A stretch of 46,192 nucleotides of DNA from a virus (lineage: Duplodnaviria; Heunggongvirae; Uroviricota; Caudoviricetes). The position numbers and the translations under genes are program-made. The DNA is taken from positions 1 through 46,192 of the IMG/VR virus record IMGVR_UViG_2864804954_000001; one strand, 5' to 3'. The notes under the pieces were generated by a model. The model saw only the letters and a program-made list of their open reading frames with translations. It made no database searches and was not told where the DNA came from. How positions within the stretch are numbered: position 1 is the first letter of the stretch; each line of letters starts with the position of its first letter. This document shows, piece after piece, positions 16,985 through 24,623 of the stretch.

Positions 16985-17000
16985 TAGTCACCTGTGACTT
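16985..17000. promoter_or_regulatory. Palindromic motif copy (TAGTCA-CCTG-TGACTT)
   Basis: 59 bp upstream of the Hfq-like gene; on the minus strand it runs into the -10-like hexamer TATACT. Confidence 0.75.
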
Positions 17001-17014
17001 ACTTTTTTGGGAAA

Positions 17015-17758
17015 TTAAAACTCGATTGAATGATTAATAGCCATACTTAACGTATGTTGATCAAACTGCTGCATTGCTGCCTCAATTCTGACCACTTCAA
17101 ACTCATACAAACAACACGCAAGCGAATAATGCGGAACACTACGCTGTGCAACTTGAGCCAATGCAAACCGTTCATGGTCGCGCTGTATCAAGCTATGATT
17201 GAAGTTTGAGACACGAAAGTAGGGGCTGCAAGCGATCTGCAAACCTGCCTTGCACATTGCCTGCCAGGACAGAAGAATTTCAGCAAGGAGGTCTTCGCTG
17301 CTTAGTTGACTTGGACGTGGAGGTACTACTCGACCGCCTGCTTTCATGGTGTAGATTTTGTTGAATGCAACTTTTAAGAAGAAGTCGTAACGAATCCCGA
17401 GCATGTCCGCTTTCTGACGTAACCGCCAAATTGTCAGACCTTCTTTTGCTTTTAAGAAGTTGCGCTTGGCTTCACCTTTGAACGGATAGATGAAGGGTGC
17501 AGATTCGATGTTGATGTTTTTGGCAATGTAGGCTTGATACTCTTTCACGAACAGGTCGAAAAAGTGGAAGGTTGCGTACATGGGGTGCATCAGCCGATAA
17601 TCAAACCACTTGGTCGTCATCAGCTCAGTTTCGACTTTCCGATCCTTGAGAGGAATGTGATTGATCATCAAAATTTCATAATGATCGAAGGCGAGATTGT
17701 CGTTGTAAAACTCTCCCATCCACTCTAAGTGTTCCGACTTGGGAATACTTGGGTTCAT
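17015..17758 (-). CDS. Conserved phage-plasmid hypothetical protein (247 aa) between repA and the helicase
   Basis: Full-length ORF containing TKWFDYRLMHP; function not recognisable from the sequence. Confidence 0.75.
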   Translation of the reverse strand: MNPSIPKSEHLEWMGEFYNDNLAFDHYEILMINHIPLKDRKVETELMTTKWFDYRLMHPMYATFHFFDLFVKEYQAYIAKNINIESAPFIYPFKGEAKRNFLKAKEGLTIWRLRQKADMLGIRYDFFLKVAFNKIYTMKAGGRVVPPRPSQLSSEDLLAEILLSWQAMCKAGLQIACSPYFRVSNFNHSLIQRDHERFALAQVAQRSVPHYSLACCLYEFEVVRIEAAMQQFDQHTLSMAINHSIEF

Positions 17759-17846
17759 CCGTTGCTACCGTAATATTAATAAGTTTAAGTTGTAGTTATT
17801 ATATATAAATATACGATAGAGTTCGCGGTTCCCAAGTCTCCCAAGT
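17737..17846. repeat. Inverted-repeat / AT-rich-core element, copy B
   Basis: ACTTGGGAATACTTGGG-N11-CTACCGTA, a 38-bp AT-rich core, then ATACGATAG-N11-CCCAAGTCTCCCAAGT; same orientation as copy A. Confidence 0.8.
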
Positions 17847-17873
17847 GTGGCAAAGAGTCAATAAATACGCGGC

Positions 17874-18710
17874 TCAGAAGGGTAATTCTACATCCTCGCC
17901 GTCCGCTTCGTTTGGTGGTGGGAAGTCGGCTGAAGGTTTGCCTTGTCCGTAGCTTTCATCCTCGCCGTTCTCTCCGATCTGTGCATTCTTTGGTGTGTAA
18001 CTGAATCGGTAGCCGACAGTTGTGCGCCCTTCTTTTTGTGGCTCAAATTCTAGGGCGATGTCGGTTTTCTTGGTGATCTCATCTACGGACTTCTTGATGA
18101 CATTGCGGTTAAAAATCTTGAGTTCTTCGTAATCATCATCTTTGACGCCCAACCATGTACGCATGTATGCGACCGACAGCGGTGGAGTGCTTCCCTTCTT
18201 GCGCCAGAACATCATCAACTCATATAGGCGTATCGAGTGCATCGAGCTGAGTTTGGCGATGTTGCGCAAGTTGTAATAGGTGTAATTCTTTTGCACATCG
18301 AGAATCAATGGGATGATGTCATGAGTAAATGTTACCTCCAGCACCTTAATCTCATCGTTGTATTCGGCTTTTGAGATCCAGTTGATGCCACCAACCCAGT
18401 TTCCTGCAGTTCCTTCTTTTTTGATTTTTCGGTATCTTAGTTTTGCGTTAAGTAACTCGTCCGTCGCACCCTTAAATGATCTGTATGCTGGCGAAGTATC
18501 TCCACCCGTTCCGAAAACATCATGGTAGTCGCCTGGGCTGATGCGAATCGGGGCAAGTGGGCTTGTTTTGATTTGCTCAATGAACTTGTCCGAGCTAGCC
18601 AGTAGAATAATCCGATATGCGATAACAGACATATCGTAAAACTGCGCCTTGGTCAGCTCATTGTCTTTTTTAATGTAGTGATTTATGGGCTTGTTTTTAA
18701 GTTGCAACAT
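17874..18710 (-). CDS. repA: Rep_3-family plasmid replication initiator
   Basis: IKKDNEL...YRIILLA...NYTYYNLRNIAKLSSMHSIRLYELM...YEELKIFNRNVIKKSVDEITKKTDI; adjacent 22-bp iterons. Confidence 0.92.
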   Translation of the reverse strand: MLQLKNKPINHYIKKDNELTKAQFYDMSVIAYRIILLASSDKFIEQIKTSPLAPIRISPGDYHDVFGTGGDTSPAYRSFKGATDELLNAKLRYRKIKKEGTAGNWVGGINWISKAEYNDEIKVLEVTFTHDIIPLILDVQKNYTYYNLRNIAKLSSMHSIRLYELMMFWRKKGSTPPLSVAYMRTWLGVKDDDYEELKIFNRNVIKKSVDEITKKTDIALEFEPQKEGRTTVGYRFSYTPKNAQIGENGEDESYGQGKPSADFPPPNEADGEDVELPF

Positions 18711-18729
18711 TATTCTGTTTAAACCTAGT

Positions 18730-18745
18730 AAGTTACGGGTGACTT
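18730..18745. promoter_or_regulatory. Palindromic motif copy (AAGTTA-CGGG-TGACTT)
   Basis: 20 bp upstream of the repA start, abutting the first iteron. Confidence 0.7.
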
Positions 18746-19025
18746 TAGGAAATTTCAGTCACCGAAAATATTAAAAATTCGACACTATCAGGCACAATAT
18801 GCACTGTCAAATTGAAAAATGTGTGGCTCAAACGTGCTACAGAATGATGTTGGTTAAATTATCCCCATTTTCTGTGGATAAGTCTGGTGATAACCCCTGC
18901 ATTGTTAGGAAATTTCAGTCACCGAAACCGACATTTTCAGTCACCGAAATCGACATTTTCAGTCACCGAAACTTTATGTTTCCGACATTTTCAGTCACCG
19001 AAACCGACATTTTCAGTCACCGAAA
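18745..19025 (+). repeat. Replication-origin iterons
   Basis: 22-bp unit (C/T)CGACATTTTCAGTCACCGAAA at 18928, 18950, 18982 and 19004 (10-bp gap between the pairs), plus two identical variants TTAGGAAATTTCAGTCACCGAAA at 18745 and 18905. Confidence 0.92.
18859..18893. promoter_or_regulatory. DnaA boxes
   Basis: TGTGGATAA (perfect, 18873-18881), TTATCCCCA (18859-18867) and a weaker TGGTGATAA, next to the iterons. Confidence 0.7.
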
Positions 19026-19140
19026 AATATGTCAATACCAACAATGGTAAGGCTTTGAGGGGTGCTCCATAAGTTGTTTATAAAGCGGCTGCGCCACTGT
19101 GGGAAGTGCTTCGCCCTTCCATGTTTAAATCGCTTCGCTC

Positions 19141-19182
19141 TTTAAACAAATTTAAATTTAAATTTAAATTTATTATTATAAT
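19141..19182. other. AT-rich DNA-unwinding element of the plasmid origin
   Basis: Tandem TTTAAA run, nearly 100% A/T, ~115 bp from the iterons. Confidence 0.6.
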
Positions 19183-19385
19183 GTCTCGCTTCGCTTCGAC
19201 TTTTCCAACAATTTTAAAAATCTTATTTTTCTTTTTGTTTACCGTGTATCGGTATTCATCTATGACAAACATAGGGCTAATTCTTTACAGAATCGCGTAT
19301 TTCGCATTTAAACCCATTTTAGCGGTCAGTTTACGTTTTTACAAATAGGCACGCTTAAAACGCAAAATAGCCCACATTGAGTGAG

Positions 19386-20003
19386 CTATTCTTTTTTGCA
19401 AAATTGATAACCTTGATCTTGTTTGTCCTTCACATAGTCTTGCAAAGCCTTAAACCGCTCTGACTGCTCATGATAGAGACCTACAACCTCAAGATCGTTT
19501 TCAACCAACTTGCCTACTGTAACGTCGGAAGCGGTTTGATCGGAAGCATCGTTGCTGCTGGCGGTGCTATCGGTGTCATTGGCACGGGCTGCGTCGAGCA
19601 AGCGTACAACCCCGTTACTAAAAGACCAAGGACGAGAAGTTTCAATCGAAACGGCGGGCGTTGGGTCTCCGTCATTTGCATTGCTAACATGGTTCTCTCC
19701 TGGGCATTTGTAAACTGTAACGGTTTTGGTAATCACTTTAGGCTCATTCGCCTCCACCCGCCTGACCGCCTCATCTTTGATTGCTTCGATCTTTTGGGTT
19801 GAAGCTGCCACCTTATCCTCAATCGCTATCGACTTCGCTTGGCTTGCAAGCACTTCCTGATTGGAATCGGCTTGGGTTAAGGTGGCTGCCTCAATTTGTT
19901 TATCCTTCTGATTGCTAGTTGCCACGGCGTAACCTAGTGTGAAACACAGAGCCATCACCGCAAGCGCACCAACAATCTTCAGGATAATTTTTTCAACAAA
20001 CAC
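19386..20003 (-). CDS. Rz-like inner-membrane spanin
   Basis: N-terminal transmembrane segment, helical periplasmic part, last gene of the lysis cassette, contains an embedded lipoprotein ORF. Confidence 0.75.
   Translation of the reverse strand: MFVEKIILKIVGALAVMALCFTLGYAVATSNQKDKQIEAATLTQADSNQEVLASQAKSIAIEDKVAASTQKIEAIKDEAVRRVEANEPKVITKTVTVYKCPGENHVSNANDGDPTPAVSIETSRPWSFSNGVVRLLDAARANDTDSTASSNDASDQTASDVTVGKLVENDLEVVGLYHEQSERFKALQDYVKDKQDQGYQFCKKE
19514..19675 (-). CDS. Rz1-like outer-membrane spanin lipoprotein (embedded, 53 aa)
   Basis: Hand translation MTETQRPPFRLKLLVLGLLVTGLYA-CSTQPVPMTPIAPPAATMLPIKPLPTLQ: signal peptide, lipobox LYAC, Pro-rich mature part, in an alternate frame inside Rz. 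Confidence 0.8.
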   Translation of the reverse strand: MTETQRPPFRLKLLVLGLLVTGLYACSTQPVPMTPIAPPAATMLPIKPLPTLQ

Positions 20004-20509
20004 TAGGCTTCTGTGACTTTCTGAGCAGTTACACCGCTGTACTCAGGAAGCTCGTAGCGAATCGCTAGTGGGGTTGATGTTTTGCCGTACCAGCGGAACT
20101 CCTTAAAATCGGATTCGCTGTATAGGGCTAGGCAGACTTGATCGCTTTGGTTTCCACCAAGAACAACCAATTTGCCAGTTTTTTTGTCGCGACCTACCAC
20201 GAAACAAACGTGACCACCGCCCTGTCGGGACTTGATGGCGACGCAGCCGTAACATGGCTTGGATAATTTTGCACCGTAGTTACAGTAATCCAATGCGCGA
20301 TACCACGCTTTTGCGTACTTGACGCCTGCTGACTTCAAGCACCACGCGACGAACGTGCCGCACCAAGCGGTTTCATCGTCGTCGTACCAAGCACCTAACG
20401 CCTTCAACCATTTTGCGATTTCGGGGTTGGTCTTGGGTCCCTTGATTTCATGTACGCCAATATTGCTAAAGGCCGTTTGAACCCAAGGTAAATTCGGTTG
20501 ATTACTCAA
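20003..20509 (-). CDS. Endolysin, TIGR02594 / CHAP-like (NlpC/P60-fold) peptidoglycan hydrolase
   Basis: PW...IGVHEIKGPK...DDETAWCGTFVAWCL...GGGHVCFVVG...LGGNQSD (Cys/His pair). Confidence 0.88.
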   Translation of the reverse strand: MSNQPNLPWVQTAFSNIGVHEIKGPKTNPEIAKWLKALGAWYDDDETAWCGTFVAWCLKSAGVKYAKAWYRALDYCNYGAKLSKPCYGCVAIKSRQGGGHVCFVVGRDKKTGKLVVLGGNQSDQVCLALYSESDFKEFRWYGKTSTPLAIRYELPEYSGVTAQKVTEA

Positions 20510-20838
20510 ATGCCTCCTCCTTCGACTTTATCCTTAAAGCGCTTTTGAAGAATCCGAATAAATTCGACTCCCATGTGTCCTGCTAATCCTGTGCAGATTG
20601 CAGTTAGGAATCCTGGGGCGTGAACCTGCATACAGCCTAACCATGCGAGTAAACCCGCAAAGCCACTCGTAGACAGATGCACGAATGCACTTGTCCACGA
20701 ATGAGAGTGTCCTTCCTGAACACGTCGGAAGTAGCCAATAAGGCCACCCCACATTGCGGTTACGGCTGCAAGCCAGATATGCCACCATTCGATTTGTGGT
20801 GGGTTGACCCCGCCACCGACGCTGAATGGGTCAGTCAT
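20506..20838 (-). CDS. Holin (LydA-like)
   Basis: Hydrophobic segments WGGLIGYF, SGFAGLLAWLG and GLAGHMG; directly upstream of the endolysin. ATG at 20838 has the better-spaced RBS. Confidence 0.78.
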   Translation of the reverse strand: MTDPFSVGGGVNPPQIEWWHIWLAAVTAMWGGLIGYFRRVQEGHSHSWTSAFVHLSTSGFAGLLAWLGCMQVHAPGFLTAICTGLAGHMGVEFIRILQKRFKDKVEGGGI

Positions 20839-20899
20839 CGTGCTATGCCTCACATCCTTGTGATGGCATGGGAATATACGCCAATCTATCCAATAAGTA

Positions 20900-20915
20900 A
20901 AGTCACGGGTGACTT
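20900..20915. promoter_or_regulatory. Palindromic motif copy (AAGTCA-CGGG-TGACTT)
   Basis: Within a 22-bp direct repeat (20895-20916 = 21155-21176); 62 bp upstream of the holin. Confidence 0.8.
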
Positions 20916-20926
20916 ATCTTTTGGAG

Positions 20927-21100
20927 TTAAGCTTGCCCCTCCGTTTGTTCAACTTTGAACTCTAGGTTGACGCCCGTGCCTTCTGTGGTGTAAGCCAACT
21001 CAAGCTTCTCCACTTTCTTTCCAGTTGTGGATTCAATCAGGCTAACTTGACCGTTCAACCATGTAATTAGGTTCGCTTCTTCCTTTGAAACTAACTTCAT
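20927..21100 (-). CDS. Small hypothetical protein (57 aa)
   Basis: Hand translation MKLVSKEEANLITWLNGQVSLIESTTGKKVEKLELAYTTEGTGVNLEFKVEQTEGQA; purine-rich RBS; lies between two motif copies. Confidence 0.6.
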   Translation of the reverse strand: MKLVSKEEANLITWLNGQVSLIESTTGKKVEKLELAYTTEGTGVNLEFKVEQTEGQA

Positions 21101-21159
21101 TTTCCCTTTGTCCTTTGAGGTAATGTGTGGCTGATAATACCACTAATAGCAACAAAGTA

Positions 21160-21175
21160 AAGTCACGGGTGACTT
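21160..21175. promoter_or_regulatory. Palindromic motif copy (AAGTCA-CGGG-TGACTT)
   Basis: Between divergent genes (60 bp and 53 bp from their starts). Confidence 0.8.
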
Positions 21176-21227
21176 ACTTTGTATTTGTAGGTAAACTTTC
21201 TCCATCGAAACAGATGGATGGTTACAA

Positions 21228-21620
21228 ATGCCACAAGGATTAGAGGTCAACGGCCCTAACGGAGAACAGATCATCTCCTTAACAGATCGCCTTACAAAAG
21301 TGTTAGGAACGCTCGTTATTCCCGCCACAGTTGAAGAAGACAGCGGAATGCTCGAAGTTCCCGATCTTGCTTTCGGCACGCCTTTTTATTTCACCACTGG
21401 CAATGAATGCCTGAAGAAAGGGTATAAAGACAGTAGAGGTTGGAATCATGGATTTTGGATTTATGACGACGGCTCTTTTTATCCAAAATATGAAATCCCC
21501 GCCTATGAGGTGCAAATCACTTTCAATGGCAACATTATGGATTGGTACGTTAAGCGTTACTCAAAGTGGTGGGTCGGCATCAAGAACCAATCATTCAACA
21601 TTCACTATGGGGTTTACTAA
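21228..21620 (+). CDS. Putative tail-tip accessory protein (small)
   Basis: N-terminus MPQGLEVNGPNGEQIISLTDRLTKVLG resembles the small proteins encoded directly after gpJ in T1/phi80-type and Acinetobacter/Pseudomonas siphoviruses. Confidence 0.55.
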   Translation: MPQGLEVNGPNGEQIISLTDRLTKVLGTLVIPATVEEDSGMLEVPDLAFGTPFYFTTGNECLKKGYKDSRGWNHGFWIYDDGSFYPKYEIPAYEVQITFNGNIMDWYVKRYSKWWVGIKNQSFNIHYGVY

Positions 21621-22564
21621 TGGCTAAGAACGCAGGCATCCGAGTAATTAGTGACTCAGGCATCCTTCAGGTGGATTCTTCCTACCGAAACTTTCACTTG
21701 ATCGGGAAGAAAAGTGCGCCTCACTATTACGAACCATCCGACCCAGTACCATTGGCAGCAGGGTCTATTTTGTATCAGCCCAAAAGTAAGACCTCAATCG
21801 TGGCCTATGGCTTAGATTTGTGGTATCCCGATGTTGACCCAAGAACTGACGCCGAAATGCCTGGCAAGGATTACAATGGGCAATACGCGCTTGCCGAACG
21901 TTTCTCTCAGCCTTTGTTTATATTCCGCGGTCGAAAGTCTTACGATGAAAATCCATCAGTGGCGGGGATGGATGAATTTTCAGGCGTGACAGCGTTGTCG
22001 AAATTGGTCAATATCGAACGCCGATCATCAGGCCCATACCGTGTCTACAAGACGTTTGACTATTACTCTGCAATGCCACCTAAGAGTGCCAATGTCGAGT
22101 TTTCAGTATATGAGTTCGACTTGATCGATCTGTCTGATTCTGAGTCCACCTCGGGGATGCAAGTTTTTGACGCACAAGGCAAGCTTGTGTTTGATGCAAA
22201 TTACAAACCGATGCGTGTGGTGAAGTTCTTTGAAAGTGAGGTTTACTATGATGGCGAGTGGAAGTTTCCCCCCAACGTGTGGAAACTTCCTCAGTACAAT
22301 GATGGCATCAAGCGAAAATATGCGATTGCGCCCCTTGACGCTCCTCTGCGCTTTCACAATTACTATACCTATGTAAATGGTCAGGCTGACGATTACGTGA
22401 TGAGCGGTGGGCATAGCGCGGTTGATTTCTTTCAGTTTCAACAAACGCGTATTTTACACATAGCGCAAGGCGTAGATGCTGGAATCAAAACTCAACCTAG
22501 TCGCTATCTATACTCGGGAATGCGAACGGTCAACTATCTACTTTTGGATGTGACTGGTTATTAA
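21620..22564 (+). CDS. Putative tail-tip / receptor-binding accessory protein (314 aa)
   Basis: Two related modules AGIRVISDSGILQVDSSYRNF and SGMQVFDAQGKLVFDANYKPM; TAATG coupling to the previous gene. Confidence 0.55.
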   Translation: MAKNAGIRVISDSGILQVDSSYRNFHLIGKKSAPHYYEPSDPVPLAAGSILYQPKSKTSIVAYGLDLWYPDVDPRTDAEMPGKDYNGQYALAERFSQPLFIFRGRKSYDENPSVAGMDEFSGVTALSKLVNIERRSSGPYRVYKTFDYYSAMPPKSANVEFSVYEFDLIDLSDSESTSGMQVFDAQGKLVFDANYKPMRVVKFFESEVYYDGEWKFPPNVWKLPQYNDGIKRKYAIAPLDAPLRFHNYYTYVNGQADDYVMSGGHSAVDFFQFQQTRILHIAQGVDAGIKTQPSRYLYSGMRTVNYLLLDVTGY

Positions 22565-22567
22565 AAC

Positions 22568-22591
22568 AAAGCCCATCAATTGATGGGCTTT
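22568..22591. terminator. Bidirectional terminator
   Basis: Perfect 24-bp palindrome AAAGCCCATCAATTGATGGGCTTT between convergent gene sets. Confidence 0.85.
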
Positions 22592-22602
22592 TTAGTGTCA
22601 GC

Positions 22603-22833
22603 TTATAAGCATGGACTGATTGCGATTTTCAATTCATCGACATTGGTTGCTTTGTCGATCTCTGTCTGAATTTCCGCATATTCTTGGCGAATCTCCTCGC
22701 GTTTAGCTTCCGCCTTCTCTGCTTCTGATGGAATCGTTGTAAGAATATCCAAGTCTTTTAGCAGCTCAGCGCGAACATGGCGGCGCTTGTCGTGGGCGAT
22801 TTCTTTCGCTTTGTTTAAATTTACTTGAATCAT
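22603..22833 (-). CDS. Putative tail-fibre assembly chaperone (C-terminal-type half)
   Basis: VNLNKAKEIAHDKRR...IDKATNVDELK pattern typical of small genes following tail fibres. Confidence 0.55.
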   Translation of the reverse strand: MIQVNLNKAKEIAHDKRRHVRAELLKDLDILTTIPSEAEKAEAKREEIRQEYAEIQTEIDKATNVDELKIAISPCL

Positions 22834-23048
22834 GCGCCTACTCCGTCAGTCATTAGTGATTCGTCCATTACCCAAGCATCGCGGAATGTGCGATCTGTTG
22901 GGACTTCGTGGTCTTGTACGATTTTAAATGGGCGACCTGAAGGCACGTCCTTTCGCGCAAGTTCAAACATTGTCATTGTCTCCAATGCTTCTGCTGTTGG
23001 GTGAATGATGGCAATTGAGCCATCGCCAGTTGCGAAGATGATTTTCAT
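22830..23048 (-). CDS. Putative tail-fibre assembly chaperone (N-terminal-type half)
   Basis: IAIIHP...ARKDVPSGRPFKIV...PTDRTFRDAW pattern. Confidence 0.6.
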   Translation of the reverse strand: MKIIFATGDGSIAIIHPTAEALETMTMFELARKDVPSGRPFKIVQDHEVPTDRTFRDAWVMDESLMTDGVGA

Positions 23049-23071
23049 AATCTTTCCTTAATTAAGTTTGG

Positions 23072-23446
23072 TTATCCGATGAAAGCGATTTCAATTGATG
23101 GGAAGTCTACAATAGAGCCACTTGCTGTCAGGGTTGTAATTTGTGACTGTGCGGCAGTCTTCACTGCACTTTTAGGTCGCCCGACGTATGAGTCACCTTG
23201 TCCATCTGTGTCTTCTCCGCCGCCGCAAATTACGTAATTTGCGTGAGGTAGAGCTTGCGCAAAGTTAATTGTAAACCTGCCAACGCCGTTATCAGTGACG
23301 CTACCCACGTTAAATGACCCAGCGATGGCATTGCCGCCTGTGGGCGAGAACGAGAGCCACGCGAGCACTTTACTTCCCAAGAGATCCTCAACATTTGAAG
23401 ATCGAGCTCCATTTGAGATAGAGCCTGCGATGAGTGTTCCTGCCAT
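23072..23446 (-). CDS. Tail-fibre tip-like module, paralog 4
   Basis: AWLSF...SFNVGSVTDNGVGRFTINF motif shared with the three neighbours. Confidence 0.65.
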   Translation of the reverse strand: MAGTLIAGSISNGARSSNVEDLLGSKVLAWLSFSPTGGNAIAGSFNVGSVTDNGVGRFTINFAQALPHANYVICGGGEDTDGQGDSYVGRPKSAVKTAAQSQITTLTASGSIVDFPSIEIAFIG

Positions 23447-23449
23447 TAA

Positions 23450-23848
23450 TCACTGACCTCCGATTAAAATGTACATTTCTTTACTGTCCAGTATGGTGTT
23501 TCTAGACCACTGAAGCACCGTTACAGCCTTTCGCGTTTTGTTTAGAGCGCCTGAGTTATAAGCTCCAGATACGGTCTGAACAATAGTCCCTGCGGCGTTG
23601 TTGTTGTCGCTCAGTGTTCCACCTACAACGTAATACTTGTCACTTGGCAGCTCTTGAGCAAAGTTCAACGTGTAGTTGCCAGCGCCATTATCAGTAACAC
23701 TGGAAATGTTATATTGACTCTTTATCTCAATTGGCGTGGCAACGGTATCCATAACGACGTATGCGTGAGGTGACGCTATGATCGCTCGTTGAATGTCGAT
23801 GGAGTTTGCCCCGTCGGTCAATGCTTCCACCTTGAGAGTACCTGCCAT
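23450..23848 (-). CDS. Tail-fibre tip-like module, paralog 3
   Basis: SQYNISSVTDNGAGNYTLNF. Confidence 0.65.
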   Translation of the reverse strand: MAGTLKVEALTDGANSIDIQRAIIASPHAYVVMDTVATPIEIKSQYNISSVTDNGAGNYTLNFAQELPSDKYYVVGGTLSDNNNAAGTIVQTVSGAYNSGALNKTRKAVTVLQWSRNTILDSKEMYILIGGQ

Positions 23849-24246
23849 TAGCCACCTCCAACTAAAACGTAAGTGTCCTTAGTGTCGTAAAGTCCTGTGT
23901 TTGACCAAAGACGAACATCAACCGCATTTGCTGTTTTGTTGATTGGCCCCACGTTATAAGCTCCTGAAACTCGCAGAAGCAAGCTGCCGCCGCCATTGTT
24001 TTGGTCACTCAATGTTCCACCAATTACATAGTAATTAGGGCTAGGCATTGGCTTTGTGAAGTTCAATGTAAACTGACCAACACCCAAATCTGTAACGCTT
24101 GTGATGTTGTACTGGCTCTTAATGTTGATTGTCGTTGGTGTTGTGTCCATTACGACAAACGCGCCAGGAGACGCTTTGGACAGTTTCTCGACCGTGATCG
24201 TGTTGAGTCCGTCAGTGATCTGATCCGCTTTGATTGTTCCTGCCAT
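23848..24246 (-). CDS. Tail-fibre tip-like module, paralog 2
   Basis: SQYNITSVTDLGVGQFTLNF; colinear with paralog 3. Confidence 0.65.
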   Translation of the reverse strand: MAGTIKADQITDGLNTITVEKLSKASPGAFVVMDTTPTTINIKSQYNITSVTDLGVGQFTLNFTKPMPSPNYYVIGGTLSDQNNGGGSLLLRVSGAYNVGPINKTANAVDVRLWSNTGLYDTKDTYVLVGGG

Positions 24247-24620
24247 TAGCGCACCACCATCACGCTAAAATCATATGTATCCGTCCCAGATACATGACCT
24301 ACAGTTACAGATGACTCTGTTTTAAGGTTAGGGGCGTTGGCTGCACCGCCTGTTGTTAGGACTTTCGGGGTGGCTTCACCAGTCAAGATGTCACTTACAC
24401 CAAAGACAATTGCATATTTTGTATCTACAAAAGCCTTAGCAAAGTTTAAGGTGTACTGACCCACACCAATGTCGGTGATGGAACTCACGTTTCCTGAGCT
24501 ATTGATTGACACAACGCCCGTACCATTGAAATTTACCCACGCTCGAACTTTGAAGTTTTCAGAACCATCAGAGTTCGTCCACTTGTCGGCAATGATTTCG
24601 TTAGTTTTTAGCTTTGACAT
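24246..24620 (-). CDS. Tail-fibre tip-like module, paralog 1
   Basis: RAWVNFNGTG...SGNVSSITDIGVGQYTLNF. Confidence 0.65.
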   Translation of the reverse strand: MSKLKTNEIIADKWTNSDGSENFKVRAWVNFNGTGVVSINSSGNVSSITDIGVGQYTLNFAKAFVDTKYAIVFGVSDILTGEATPKVLTTGGAANAPNLKTESSVTVGHVSGTDTYDFSVMVVR

Positions 24621-24623
24621 TAA

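Noticed and set aside
18905-19025. Tandem 22-bp repeats as a CRISPR array
   Set aside because: Repeats are contiguous with no unique spacers, there are no cas genes, and they sit beside repA and DnaA boxes; they are iterons.
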